From the NCBI RefSeq assembly GCF_009914755.1, contig NC_060926.1: DNA of 64,000 bases. One strand, written 5' to 3'. The notes beneath the pieces are model-generated. The model searched no databases. It saw nothing but the letters and a program-made list of their open reading frames with translations, and was not told where the DNA came from. Below are positions 52,442 through 64,000 of this stretch, piece after piece. A program made the position numbers and the translations under genes. Position 1 is the first letter of the stretch, and each line of letters begins with the position of its first letter. This stretch comes from the human T2T-CHM13v2.0 reference genome, Homo sapiens.

Positions 52442-53338
52442 CTGCAAAAGAAAATAAATTTAAAAACTCACATCTTACTCAGGTAATGCATTAACTCCAG
52501 ATCACTACAGAGAACATTTCAATTCCCACTTCTATAAATATACACCTGTTCTTCATTTGTGAGGCACCCCTAACAACACACATACCCACCTCTATGCACA
52601 GAGAGGATCTTATAAACATTATTCTTGCTTTCCTTGTACTTGGGTTTGATTTCTCTATTTTTCAGCAAGCTATTAGATGTCATTAATACTCCCTATAATT
52701 TCAATAGTTTGTTCTTTTGGACTAGGTTCAGGCATTGAAGTTAATGTCAAATTGACATTTTTTAGCCTAAACATACTTTTCCCATCTTTGAATAAGTTAA
52801 GAATAAGCATTAAAAAGTGTCAAAAATAAATGAACTCGACATTTAGCTTACATATAGTAAAAAGGTATATCAATTATTTGCTGGTAAGTGAGCACACAGG
52901 GCAGAGCTGATAAACATCTAACTTTAAGTTTGCTTCTCTGCTTTTTTTGGCAAGGAAAGAGAAAATCTTTATTTGACTACAGTTACTTTGGTTTTCAACT
53001 TTTAAACTAGTTTTTTGATATGCCAAATTCAACACATCTTTAGACCTTATTAACTACCTTTCTGTTTGCAACTGTATCTAACATGTTAAATTACAACCAG
53101 GTGCAGTAAAACCTTAAAAAAATTTACCTCTGTGGCCCCCATAATAGAAAAGAATATTTACTGACTCTTCTGAACATTGGAATAATGACAACAAGCAAAC
53201 AGAATTAATATAAAATAGAAACTTCTGTGTACTTACTGGTCAAGTCAGCTTAAAATTAAGCTCTTGCACTCTTAACCCTTAACCCTTAACAACCCTGCGT
53301 AGCAAACACTAGTCTCTACTGCAAGGCTCTATCTAAAC

Positions 53339-53828
<490 letters not shown>

Positions 53829-53830
53829 AC

Positions 53831-54205
53831 TGCTATGGTTTTAATATGTCTCCAAAACTCATGCATTAGAAACTTAACCCCGAATGCAACAGTGTTGGGA
53901 GGTGGGGCATACTGGGAGGTATTTAGGTTATGAAGGTGGAACTCTCATAAAGGAATTAGTGCCTCTTTATAACGGGCCTCTGGAAGTGGTTTCTCTCTTT
54001 TTTGCTCTTCTGCCATGTTGAGTACATAACATTCATGCCCTTCCACTGCCACTGAGTGAGGCAAGAAGCCCATCACCAGACACCAGACGCCGGCACCTTG
54101 ATCTTGGACGTGCCAGTCCCCAGAGCTGTGAGAAATAATTTTCTGTTCATATAAATTACCCAGTTTATAATATTTTGTCACAGCAGCACAAAACAGACCA
54201 GGATC
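53831..54205 (+). mobile_element. MSTD/MSTC-type MaLR solo LTR
   Basis: 'tgctatggttttaatatgtctccaaaactcatg...aatgcaacagtgttgggaggtgggg...gccggcaccttgatcttggac...ataaattacccagt'; TSD CTGAC. Confidence 0.92.
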
Positions 54206-54249
54206 CTGACCTACATTATTTCAAGTAGGAAAGATAATTGTATTCTTCT

Positions 54250-54460
54250 TAATACTTACATCTAGACACATGCTAAGTGCTATATATTATGTTAAATCAT
54301 TTAATCTTCACAAAGATGCCATTTATGAAATATTATTGATTACATTTTACAGATTCAGAGAGTTTAATAAACTGTTCAACACATTATAAACATCAGGTTC
54401 CAAGTAAGAGGTGTCAGTTAGATTCTAAAGTCTTCCCTTTCCTTTCCAATGCTGTATCTC
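54250..54460 (-). mobile_element. MIR SINE
   Basis: 'tgctaagtgct...tcatttaatcttcacaa...cattttacagattcagagagtttaa'. Confidence 0.65.
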
Positions 54461-55196
54461 CGTATATCAAAGCAACATAATTAATTGCTATTTTTTAAAA
54501 AAAATTGTTCAAGCACAAACTTACATTACAAAACCTTTCAGATTCTTCAGATTTAATAAATAAAATCATTCCTTTCACCAAGCTCTCCTGTATCAGTGTA
54601 ATAGCAGCTCAGACTCTTGCCCAGTGGTCAACTTCTCAGCTAATCAAAGATCTTGGTTTAATGTAGGCCAAACCAGGTCCCCTGTGTCCTTATATATCCT
54701 TTTGCACTTTTCAGGCTTTTTAGATACGTTATCTCATTTTATTCTTCTAACGGCACTAATAGATCACACAAAATAGATGCCATCTTTGTCTGTTAATACC
54801 AAAAATCACAACAGGGTTCTCACTTTGCTCCTAATTCAGAAGCATCATCATCTCAGCCCTTTAACTCTCATATGCAGAATTTATTTGAGCTGCTCCCCTG
54901 CCCTGTGAGCTTGGCAGCTTTGTGTCCCTGTGTAACCTCATGACTGCAGCCTTCATCCCAGGGTGCCAACCTACTCAGCCAAAGATGACATTAACAGAGG
55001 ATCTGGCTGAAATGCCTTGACATTATTTTTCTCTGGGAAAGGTGTGTAATTGCAGAAAAACTGCTCCCCAATTATTCAAATTTAAACATTTTATCTGATG
55101 GAAATGATATCATTTACATATTTTGTTTCCCAGTTTAAAATTGTGGTTTCATATCTTTTGTGCTTGTATATCTGAGAGTTATATTAAATTTAAAAT

Positions 55197-55501
55197 AGCT
55201 GAGTGTATTGGCTCACTCCTGTAATCTCAGCAGTTTGAAAGGCCAAGGCAGGAAGATCACTTGAGGCCAGGATTTTGAGACCAGCCTGGTCAAAATGACA
55301 AAACCCCATCTCTACTAAAAATACAAAAAATTATTCAGGCGTGGTGGCGCATGCCTGTAATCTCAGCTGCTTGTGAGGCTGAAGCACTGGAATGACTTGA
55401 ACCTGGGAAGCAGAGGTTGCAGTGAGCCGAGATAGTACCCCTACACTCCAGCCTGAGTGACAGAGTGAGACTCTGTCTCAAAAAAAAAAAAGAAAAAAAA
55501 A
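55197..55501 (+). mobile_element. AluS (Sz-like)
   Basis: Dimeric Alu with 'gatcacttgaggccagg', 'gaggttgcagtgagccgaga' and A tail. Confidence 0.95.
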
Positions 55502-56535
55502 TTACAATGGCTAGCCCTGGATCCATTTGGTAACAATCTCATTCTAATGTATATCTTTACACAGGGCAAATTTTACCAGAAGCCTTTTAACGATAACATT
55601 TTACGAATTCAAAAGAGCCTAGATCTGGCAAGTGCTTGGCTGGCAGAAGTGAAATGTATGGTGTGTTCAAGAAGCATCAATTATGGCTGACTGACTGGAC
55701 CCTGAGTTAAAAGTCAGCATGGAGAGAGAAAAAAATAAATCATCCTACGCCTTTCAAATACACATTGTAATGTCCCTTCTACTTCCACTTGACAAATCTA
55801 TAAGGAAATATAGGTTGGGGAGCATGTGTATGTGTCCAAATGTACTTCGCAAACAAAAAAAAACAGATAAATTATTACATCATTAATTAACAGTGGTATT
55901 TACCAAAACACATAACATCTTATGTCAATTTAAAGACCTGTTGGTCTATTGAGGAGTAGTTTGTAACTAGCTAAGTTCATTGATAAGCTAAAATCAAATG
56001 TCATAGGATCCTGGTCTTCTTTGAAAGATTGCAATAGAAATACAATGTGATGGGATTTTTATATGTTTATTATAACCCAGATGTACAGTAAATCAGAGCA
56101 TTGCTGAATTTAAATTATACCATCACATCCTCAACAACGATATAAATATTGAAGGAACAGAGAGATAAGCAAGCTATATGACCAATATCTAACAATAAAT
56201 AGGTATTAGGCTTTTACTTTAAAAATTAAGGGCAAATTATTTAAAATATTAGAAAAGGTAGCAAGATACTTGATAAAGAATAGTGTGAACTGACGTCTGT
56301 CTTCCACATCCCTGCCCATTACCATTCCCAGTAGCTAAATCAACTTTAGTCAAGGTTAACTAACTCCTTTATATGGCCACACAGGAGTCCCTTGGCTATA
56401 CAATTTGCACTTTAATCCTCTGGAAGTTGCAAGAGGCCAAATGAAATCCTCACATTCAGCCAGAGGGAGGAGAGAAGAAAGCCATAATTCAGACCTCCCT
56501 GTAATATATTAAGAGAAATCTGTCTTTTTTTTCAG

Positions 56536-56688
56536 TGTCATTGCCTTGGAAGGTAACCCCTTCTTGACCCTAGCATTTAAAAGCTAGGTTGGTGCATGTC
56601 CAACATCAGGGTCACAGCCATTTTTCTGCTACTCAGTTCATCTTGGAACTGAAAGATAGTTTCTTCCCGCCATCAATCATTACCCAAG
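56536..56688 (+). other. Candidate 153-nt non-coding or poison exon
   Basis: Acceptor 'tctgtctttttttttcag|T' and consensus donor 'AAG|gtaagt'; stops in all three frames. Confidence 0.35.
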
Positions 56689-56949
56689 GTAAGTGTCACA
56701 GTATATGGGTGCATAAGGTAAAAACAGATGAATATTAATTGGTTCATTTTATAGCACCAAGTACAATGAACAAAAGGCCTGGAGCTCAGAGTTGGAAACT
56801 GAAAGTTTCCAGGAAGAATCAAAATATACCAAATTCTCAATAGCTATTTCCTTATCTTCTGACGTGTGCTAAATTGTACTACCAAATGTCAAATATGCTG
56901 AGTAGCCTTGGAAACAGGCTGCAATTGTGAACTGTTAGTCTACCAGAGA

Positions 56950-57140
56950 GTCAGGATCCCTAGCTCCATCACCAGTATGAGCAGGATAATGGGCAGATCA
57001 TTCTGTTTGCTTTCATCTGTTAAACATAGGTAGTAACACCTAGTATATTTACAGCACAGATACATTAGAATAATTCAGTATAAAAAGTGTAAAATCAGCT
57101 GGAAAAAGTTAAAAGTGCTATTTAATTATAATGTTATGAT
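56950..57140 (+). mobile_element. MIR (MIRc/MIR3-like) fragment
   Basis: 'tgggcagatca...tttcatctgttaaa...tggaaaaagttaaaagtgctat'. Confidence 0.5.
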
Positions 57141-57429
57141 GACAAAGAATGTGACCCATAACATCCCCAAAGAAATTTAGGTTAAATTTAATATGTGGAC
57201 TGTTTACTGGTAAACATGGTAGAATCATGAATAAGCCATTATTCTATGGAAAACAATGCAAAAATTTATATTAACTTCTTTTACTCAAAGGGTACTCTTT
57301 CTGTCATCCACTCAAATAGTACTGTCTAGCCAGAAATGAGTTTATTTTTAACACTATACAGGAAATAGCACCTCACATATATGTCAGTTTCAGTCATGTG
57401 GTCATGATTAATAGTCATCATCTGATAGG

Positions 57430-57665
57430 CAGGGTGGAATGGTGATGTGAACATGGGATTTCGGGTTATCCCTGGATCCACATCTGTATTCTGGTGCTTT
57501 CTAGTTGTGTGACATTGGGGAACCTTCCACTACTTGACCTTCAGTTTCTATTGCCTGTGATTGTAATAAAAATGCTTCTCACAGGGTTGCTGTAAAGATT
57601 AAATAAGAAACTGGATGTAAAAGTGATTTGTAAACTGTAAATTGTTTATAAATATTGTTATTATT
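57430..57665 (+). mobile_element. MIR (MIRc-like)
   Basis: 'ctagttgtgtgacattgggg..ccttcagtttc...ctcacagggttgctgtaaagattaaataaga...tttgtaaactgtaaa'. Confidence 0.75.
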
Positions 57666-57734
57666 TCTATATGGATATAGAGGGCTCATAAATATGCCGT
57701 CTATTTCTGGAAATTTAAATAACTTGTGTAAGTT

Positions 57735-58245
57735 TTTGTCTCCAACCTAATTTCCCAGATATCTTTAAATACTTCTCACAATGAATTTCCATTCTACTCA
57801 CTGAAAGTGAAGTCATCGTCCCCCATCTTGTGCATTCTTGCCTTTTTGCTTAGTTTGCATGCAACACTCTCTCTTCCTATATCTACATGAAAAATTCTTG
57901 ATGATCTTCTCTATCCATCCTTTAAGTCCCAACTCAAATGCCACTTCCTCTCTGAAGCCCTCGCTGATTATTAGTTTCCATATATTAATCTCCATATATT
58001 GATCTCTTTTCTAATCCTTTTGTTGCTTGAACTCTCAACGCACTTCTTTTTGCTGCCACTCATTTACCATTTACCATATACACATTCTTTTTCACAGTTA
58101 TCTTTTCAAACAAAGTTTATACATCTTATCTCTACCATTAGAATACAAGGTCCTTGAGATTAAAGAACATGAGTTAGACCTTTCTAGTCCCAACAAATCT
58201 AGGGAGGTGTCTTATAAGCAGTAGTAAATGTGTGTGATGACTGAT
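57735..58245 (+). mobile_element. L2 (L2c-like) 3' region
   Basis: 'ctatccatcctttaagtcccaactcaaatgccacttcctctctgaagccctc', 'tagaatacaaggtccttgag'. Confidence 0.75.
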
Positions 58246-59084
58246 ATAAATGAAGTAAATGAAAATGTAATGACTAATATAAAAATTGGCACAAACATCT
58301 ATTCCATGCAACAGGAAGATGTTTTCAAAAATAATATTACATTCCAAAATGATTTTCCAGTGGCAATTTGCATAGTGTGCCATTTCAGTGCACATGTTTA
58401 ACAGAATTAGCAGAAGAGAGACTGATATAAGACAACCCATTTTAGGATTTAGAAGGCTACCACAGATTAAAAACTAAACCAATTTCTGTTCACAGGGGAG
58501 AAACATTTAGGAAGCCGCAATCTACAGTAACTTTGGGAGGAATCTGTCCATTATTGACTAAATTAAAACATGAGTCATTGAAGAAAAAGAATAAACTCAA
58601 GCAACTGGCTAAGTAATAATGAAAAATAAAATAATAAAACTTGGCTGAAAAAAGATAATTACAGTCCACATTTCAAATAAGAAATTATAAAATAAAAACA
58701 AATAAAACAAATTACCTTACATAAGCAAGTGATCCCCATCTGCCAGCTCATTTGCTATGATAATGAGAACTTGTTGCATTCTAGTTACCTAAATTATCAT
58801 ATCTACTTCCATCTACATATAAATATACATCTCAATGTAATGGAAAAGAAATGGTTTATTCAATTACTGGATTTCCGGAGCTAACAATTGTTACAATTTA
58901 GTTAAGTGTCAGACACCATGCTAGGCATCTTTACAAACAATTTATTTTTAATCCTTTCAATAGTAATCTTTTGAACTCCTTAACTGCTTATCTCCTTTAT
59001 CATTAATTTAACAATAATTCCTATAATATTTTATGATGTCTCTTCTATTAGTTGCTAGAACTACTATTCTGCTCTCTTTCTGCC

Positions 59085-59205
59085 ATTTGTTCATTCATTT
59101 ATTCATTATGGCTAAATACTTATTTATTGGCTATTACATGCAAAGTACCATTTTTAGCTCTAAACAAAGAGTAGTGGAAAAAGTCCATTACCCAATGGAG
59201 CCTTC
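59085..59205 (-). mobile_element. L2 3' end fragment
   Basis: 'ttcattcatttattca...aaatacttatttattggctattacatgcaaag...atggagcct'. Confidence 0.5.
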
Positions 59206-59780
59206 ATGTTGTTACTCAATTCTGTGCACTGTGTAGTCAAACTAGATTGTTAGTTTCTTGGAAGCTATTTATTTAATTTGATTTCTTTGTATCCTCTGGT
59301 GTCTAGTACAGTAAGTACTTAATTCAAATTGGCATGCAATACATATATGTTACTTCATTTTAACATGTTTTAAATATTATTGGATTAAATGACATTTATT
59401 CCTCTACTTTAAACATTATAATAACACTACATCAAATTCTAATTATCAAGGGAGGACTCAGAGGAAAGTCTAATAAGCCATTATTCATCACACTACATGT
59501 ACTTCCTGGTACCCCAAAAGCTTGTCCCCATTGAAACACAATTATTAATGCAGATTGCCAGGTTGGGTTTCTGTTCTAGTTGGAACAACATCTGTGTTTG
59601 TAATGGCCATAATGTAGCTAACTGTGAATTTTTACCATGATTTTCAGTAACAGAATAAACATTCTCTTGACATTTCTACACGACAAGACTATGAAGGCTA
59701 TTTTTAAAGTATTTTGATAAGATTTGGCATTTGAAAATACGAACTCAATTTAATATGAAATGGACGAATTTCACTTACAA

Positions 59781-60171
59781 TTATAGTTTTAATCTGAGCT
59801 GCTATAACAAAAGTAGCTCAAACTGGGTGACTTAAACCACAAACATTTACTTCTCACAGTACAGGATGCTGAAGGGTCCAAGGTCAAGGTGCCAGCAGAT
59901 TTCACATCTGGTGAAGGCCCACTTCCAGGTTCACAGGTGGCACTCTTTTTACTGTGCCATTGCATGGCAGCAGTGACAAGGGAGACCTCTGGGGTCTCTT
60001 TTGTAAGAGACCCTTTTGTAAAGGGACTCTTTTGTAAGGGAATCACATTCATGAGGGTTTCACTCTCATGATCGAATCACCTACTAAAGGTCTCACCTGA
60101 ATATACATTGAGGGTTAGGATTTCCACAAATGAATTGGGAAGGCGGAATAAACATTTAGTGCACTACAACA
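59781..60171 (-). mobile_element. MLT1A/MLT1A0 MaLR solo LTR
   Basis: 'gctgctataacaaaa...actgggtgacttaaac..acatttacttctcacagt...tccaaggtcaaggtgccagcagattt..tctggtgaaggccc...gggttaggatttc'. Confidence 0.9.
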
Positions 60172-61557
60172 GTTTATATGCCCACTGTTCTCTTCACTTT
60201 TCTCAGCCAGACAGAAGCTAGGGTAATATTTTTAATTCCTGGTGTCCATAACGTCAGCAATTACCCGATGTTGTTTTCTTCATCACGCTTTGAAAGGCAG
60301 CACAGCATAGGTTAAATGCATGGTTTTTGAGCCATGGTTTCAGATAAAAAATAGGTTCCTCTCTTTGGGACTTTTATGAGACTTATTTTATACAAACACA
60401 TATAAACATGGGTATGTTGTTATATAAATCTTGGGCATAAGTGCATGAGTATGGGAGCACAAAAAAAATTTGGCTTAGCCACATTACCGTTAAAGAAAGT
60501 TGGATGTGGATCGACACAAATAACATGAAGGCTGGGAGCTGGGAAGGGAAGGCATGTTTGCAGAGTAAAGAAAGATGAAGCCATTCTGTTCTCAAAAATC
60601 AAACATGTAAACTGTTTACAGTTATATTTAATCCCCCAAAACAACATAGTTATTAATCTGTATCTGTTTATATCACACATAAAGAAACCAGAAACAGAAA
60701 GTTTTACTAATGTACTCAAGTTCATACGATGATTTAATTCAGGATTTGACAATGAGTACAAAGCTAGATGGCCAACCAAGGACGCTCACTAATTGCAGTA
60801 TGAGGAAAATAAGAGCCCTTCTGCAGAGTTTCCAGCTCAAAAGCTTTTAAGAGACAAGCCCTTTGTATGTGTATAAAGATGTGTGTTTGCATTCATGTGC
60901 CTGCGTGTGTGTGAAATAAAAATTTCATAGTTGAGAGAACTATGGAAAATAGCACAGTAACTCAACAGAGCCATTGACATTTGATATTCTTCCTTCCCTC
61001 CCTTCCTCTCTCCCTCTCATCCTCCATCTCTTCTCCCTTCTTTCTTTCTTTATCACTAAGCTGATTAGATAAAACAGACCATTTCAAACCTCTGCTTTAG
61101 GATGCGTTGCAAATATGTTAGTTTGCATATATAAAACTAATATATAAAAGTAAATATAAAAATATATTTATAAATATATTCATAAATACATAATATAAAA
61201 GTAAATATTAAAATCCTACAACTTCCACCATTGTGAATGCACTAAAACACATTCAAAGAATTAAAAATTTGGAGGCTTGGAGGTGTAAGATTAGAGACTT
61301 GTAATCTTTATCCTTCAACTATCACACATGTTTGACTATCATATTTGAGTTGTCTTCATCCCTCAACTATTATTATTTTCTGTTCATTAAACCTCTTACC
61401 ATAATTCCAGTTTAATAATCCATGCAATGGTTTGAATGTGGGGGAAAATAATATTGTTTGGTCAGTATCATCAGTATATTCAAGCAAAAAATTAAAAAAA
61501 AAAACAAGTATTTCTATTTCAAAATAAATATCTTATTTAAAATAAGTTTCGTTTTCC

Positions 61558-61885
<328 letters not shown>

Positions 61886-63869
61886 TCATTGGATTTATTC
61901 TTGATTGGGATTATTAGCATAAAAGTATCTGAGAAATTGCACATAACTCAATTTCTAGGTCTTTATCTCTCTCATCCTGAAAGGCTTCCTTAGGCCAACT
62001 TTGCCTACTTAAATGCTTTCCTTATTTCAAGACCCTGTTCATTCAGTGGCTTTCCTGAAGTCTCTCTGTCATCCCAAATACACTGCTTGGAGCAACAGAA
62101 AAGGTAAAGCTGAGAGAGCCATCAACTATGCCCACAGTAGCCCTCAGACGTGTACAAATACACACAGATACATGTTTAAAGAACAAATTACAAAACTGGT
62201 CAATCATTAAACTCAGGGTAACACATTTTCAGCCTGCACAAGATACCTAGATGTTTGGCTCATGCCTTTGCTGTAGATCTGTCCAGCAAGTGGTCTGATT
62301 TTTGGATCAGAACATGCAATTTCTGTATAACTGACACACAGATATATATATTGTCTTTCAACTTTTTTTTTTTAACCACATCTTGAACCTTGGAGGAGTT
62401 ACAATGGGAAACTTCATTTTCGAAACTCCCACAAGTAAAATAGTGCAAAATTCATATAAAACCAGTTACAACATGTCTCTTTCAGGGTACCTCCCTCCCT
62501 CCAATGTAAGCTACAAATCAGCCACATTAACAAAGGTCGGGCTGCATCTTCCAGTTAATTTGAACTCTTTCCCTATTTGCTTCCATCTGTGAGCAAACAA
62601 AACATCTCCAGTCCTTAAGGGGCGCCTCCCCAGCATTAGCTGCTACTTTTATGCCATACTGTTGGTATGGTAGCTAGGAAAAAAATGCAGTGCCTGAAAC
62701 AGGTATTTGCATTCCTATCTACATCAAAGGGCTGAATTTTTCTTTCATGGGACTTAGTGTTTTCCAGAACACAAAAGATCCATGCTTAGCCACAATATTA
62801 CATTTTGCATTTATAAACCACTCTTCCCAGTTTCTCTGAGATCTCCTGCATGTCCAAAGACACTCAAGCACTTCACCAAAGAGATTCTCTGTTCCTGTTA
62901 TCAAGTATTTTAATACAAGATAACAATTACAGTTTAGAGAAATGCTAGAAAAATGCACGGAAAGCTCCCAGGTGCCACTTAACTCTCCTTCCTTGCTGCA
63001 TTCCCTCTCCCACCCCATCACTGAAACCTGAGCCAGCCAATTAGATGAACAGCTTGTCACTCCTAGATGCAGTGCAATGTCTGCATCTTACTGCAGCTGT
63101 TAGGACTGACAATTCAATTCCAGTCTGCAATCCTACAACAAAGACTCTCTCGTCTGGTTCCTGGGAGTCAGAGATTCTCCTTGTTCATCTTTGAACCTCA
63201 AAAATATGGATTTATCCTGGAGCACTCAGAAGGCTTAAATCTGTATAAATAGATAGAAACATGGAAATTGTGACCCTAGTTTAGCCACTAGATGACTCAG
63301 CTGGAGTGGACTCTTCGGCTTCCAAGGACAGCTCACATAGCTGCTCTCTCAGAATATACCTTAAATTCCCAATCACAGAGCAGGGTGCCCTAAGAACCAT
63401 TCAATTTCCCTAGGCCTGTGAACAGCAGATTTTTGCCTTGGCAGGTTGGATAATCTACAACACTCTTTCATATGTCTGTCCTGTTATAAAATCAGCTCTA
63501 GTTTGTACTGGGCTCTAGAAAGCATTAGAGCTAAGAACAGGATCCTGAAGCATGTATTTCAGAGATAACTACCCTTTACTAACAACAAATATGTAGCATA
63601 CAGATTCCTCTGAGGTGCAGTAACCACTTTTGTATTTATAGTTATTAAAAGAAGGGAAAACAAGAAATCAAGGGCCACCTCATTTCTCATATAATGTGTT
63701 CTCCTTTGTGCCTGACAGACAGACGAGGACTACATGAAGCATGAATCCTCAGGATACCCAGTCACTAATTTTTTAAAGTGGAATGAGTCCTAAGTGTCAA
63801 GGGGTTTTAAGTAAAGTGAAAATTAAAGCAGTTAAAAGGAAGTTATACTTACCACTTGCTATTTACTGG

Positions 63870-64000
63870 ACCTTGTGGTATGTTTTTTTTCATACATTAT
63901 TTTATTTTACTTCATAAAACCCAATTAATTTTTTCCTCATAAACATTTGGGATAGATATTTTTACTCATATTTTACAGGTAGAGAAAGTTGATATACATT
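63870..64000 (-). mobile_element. MIR fragment running off the window end
   Basis: 'ttcctcataaac...actcatattttacaggtagagaaag'. Confidence 0.45.

Noticed and set aside
53271-53290. (CTTAACC)n as interstitial telomeric repeat
   Set aside because: 7-mer unit with fewer than three full copies, and not TTAGGG

Overview
This is AT-rich (my estimate is about 36-38% GC), CpG-poor non-coding primate DNA, most likely human or great ape, either intergenic or from a large intron. I cannot support any protein-coding gene. The listed ORFs are short and mostly read through Alu, L1, LTR or microsatellite sequence. I recognise no tRNA, rRNA, snRNA, CRISPR array or CpG island, and I cannot name the locus. The window holds ten Alus (J, S and Y types), three L1 3' fragments, many MIR and L2 relics, one L3/CR1 reverse-transcriptase fossil, five MaLR solo LTRs, several hAT DNA-transposon relics and microsatellites. 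Repeat-poor stretches between them carry enhancer-like motif clusters. The best leads are: a 77-nt pre-miRNA-sized hairpin at 23278-23354; a TSD-flanked AluY that lost its right arm at a CGT microhomology (42971-43130); a nested palindrome centred on a perfect POU MORE site (5809-5987); a 153-nt exon-like segment with strong splice sites and stops in all frames (56536-56688); and motif clusters near 33.7, 37.1 and 49.2 kb. I see no convincing new biological system. Repeat subfamily names are from memory of consensus sequences and need RepeatMasker/Dfam confirmation.
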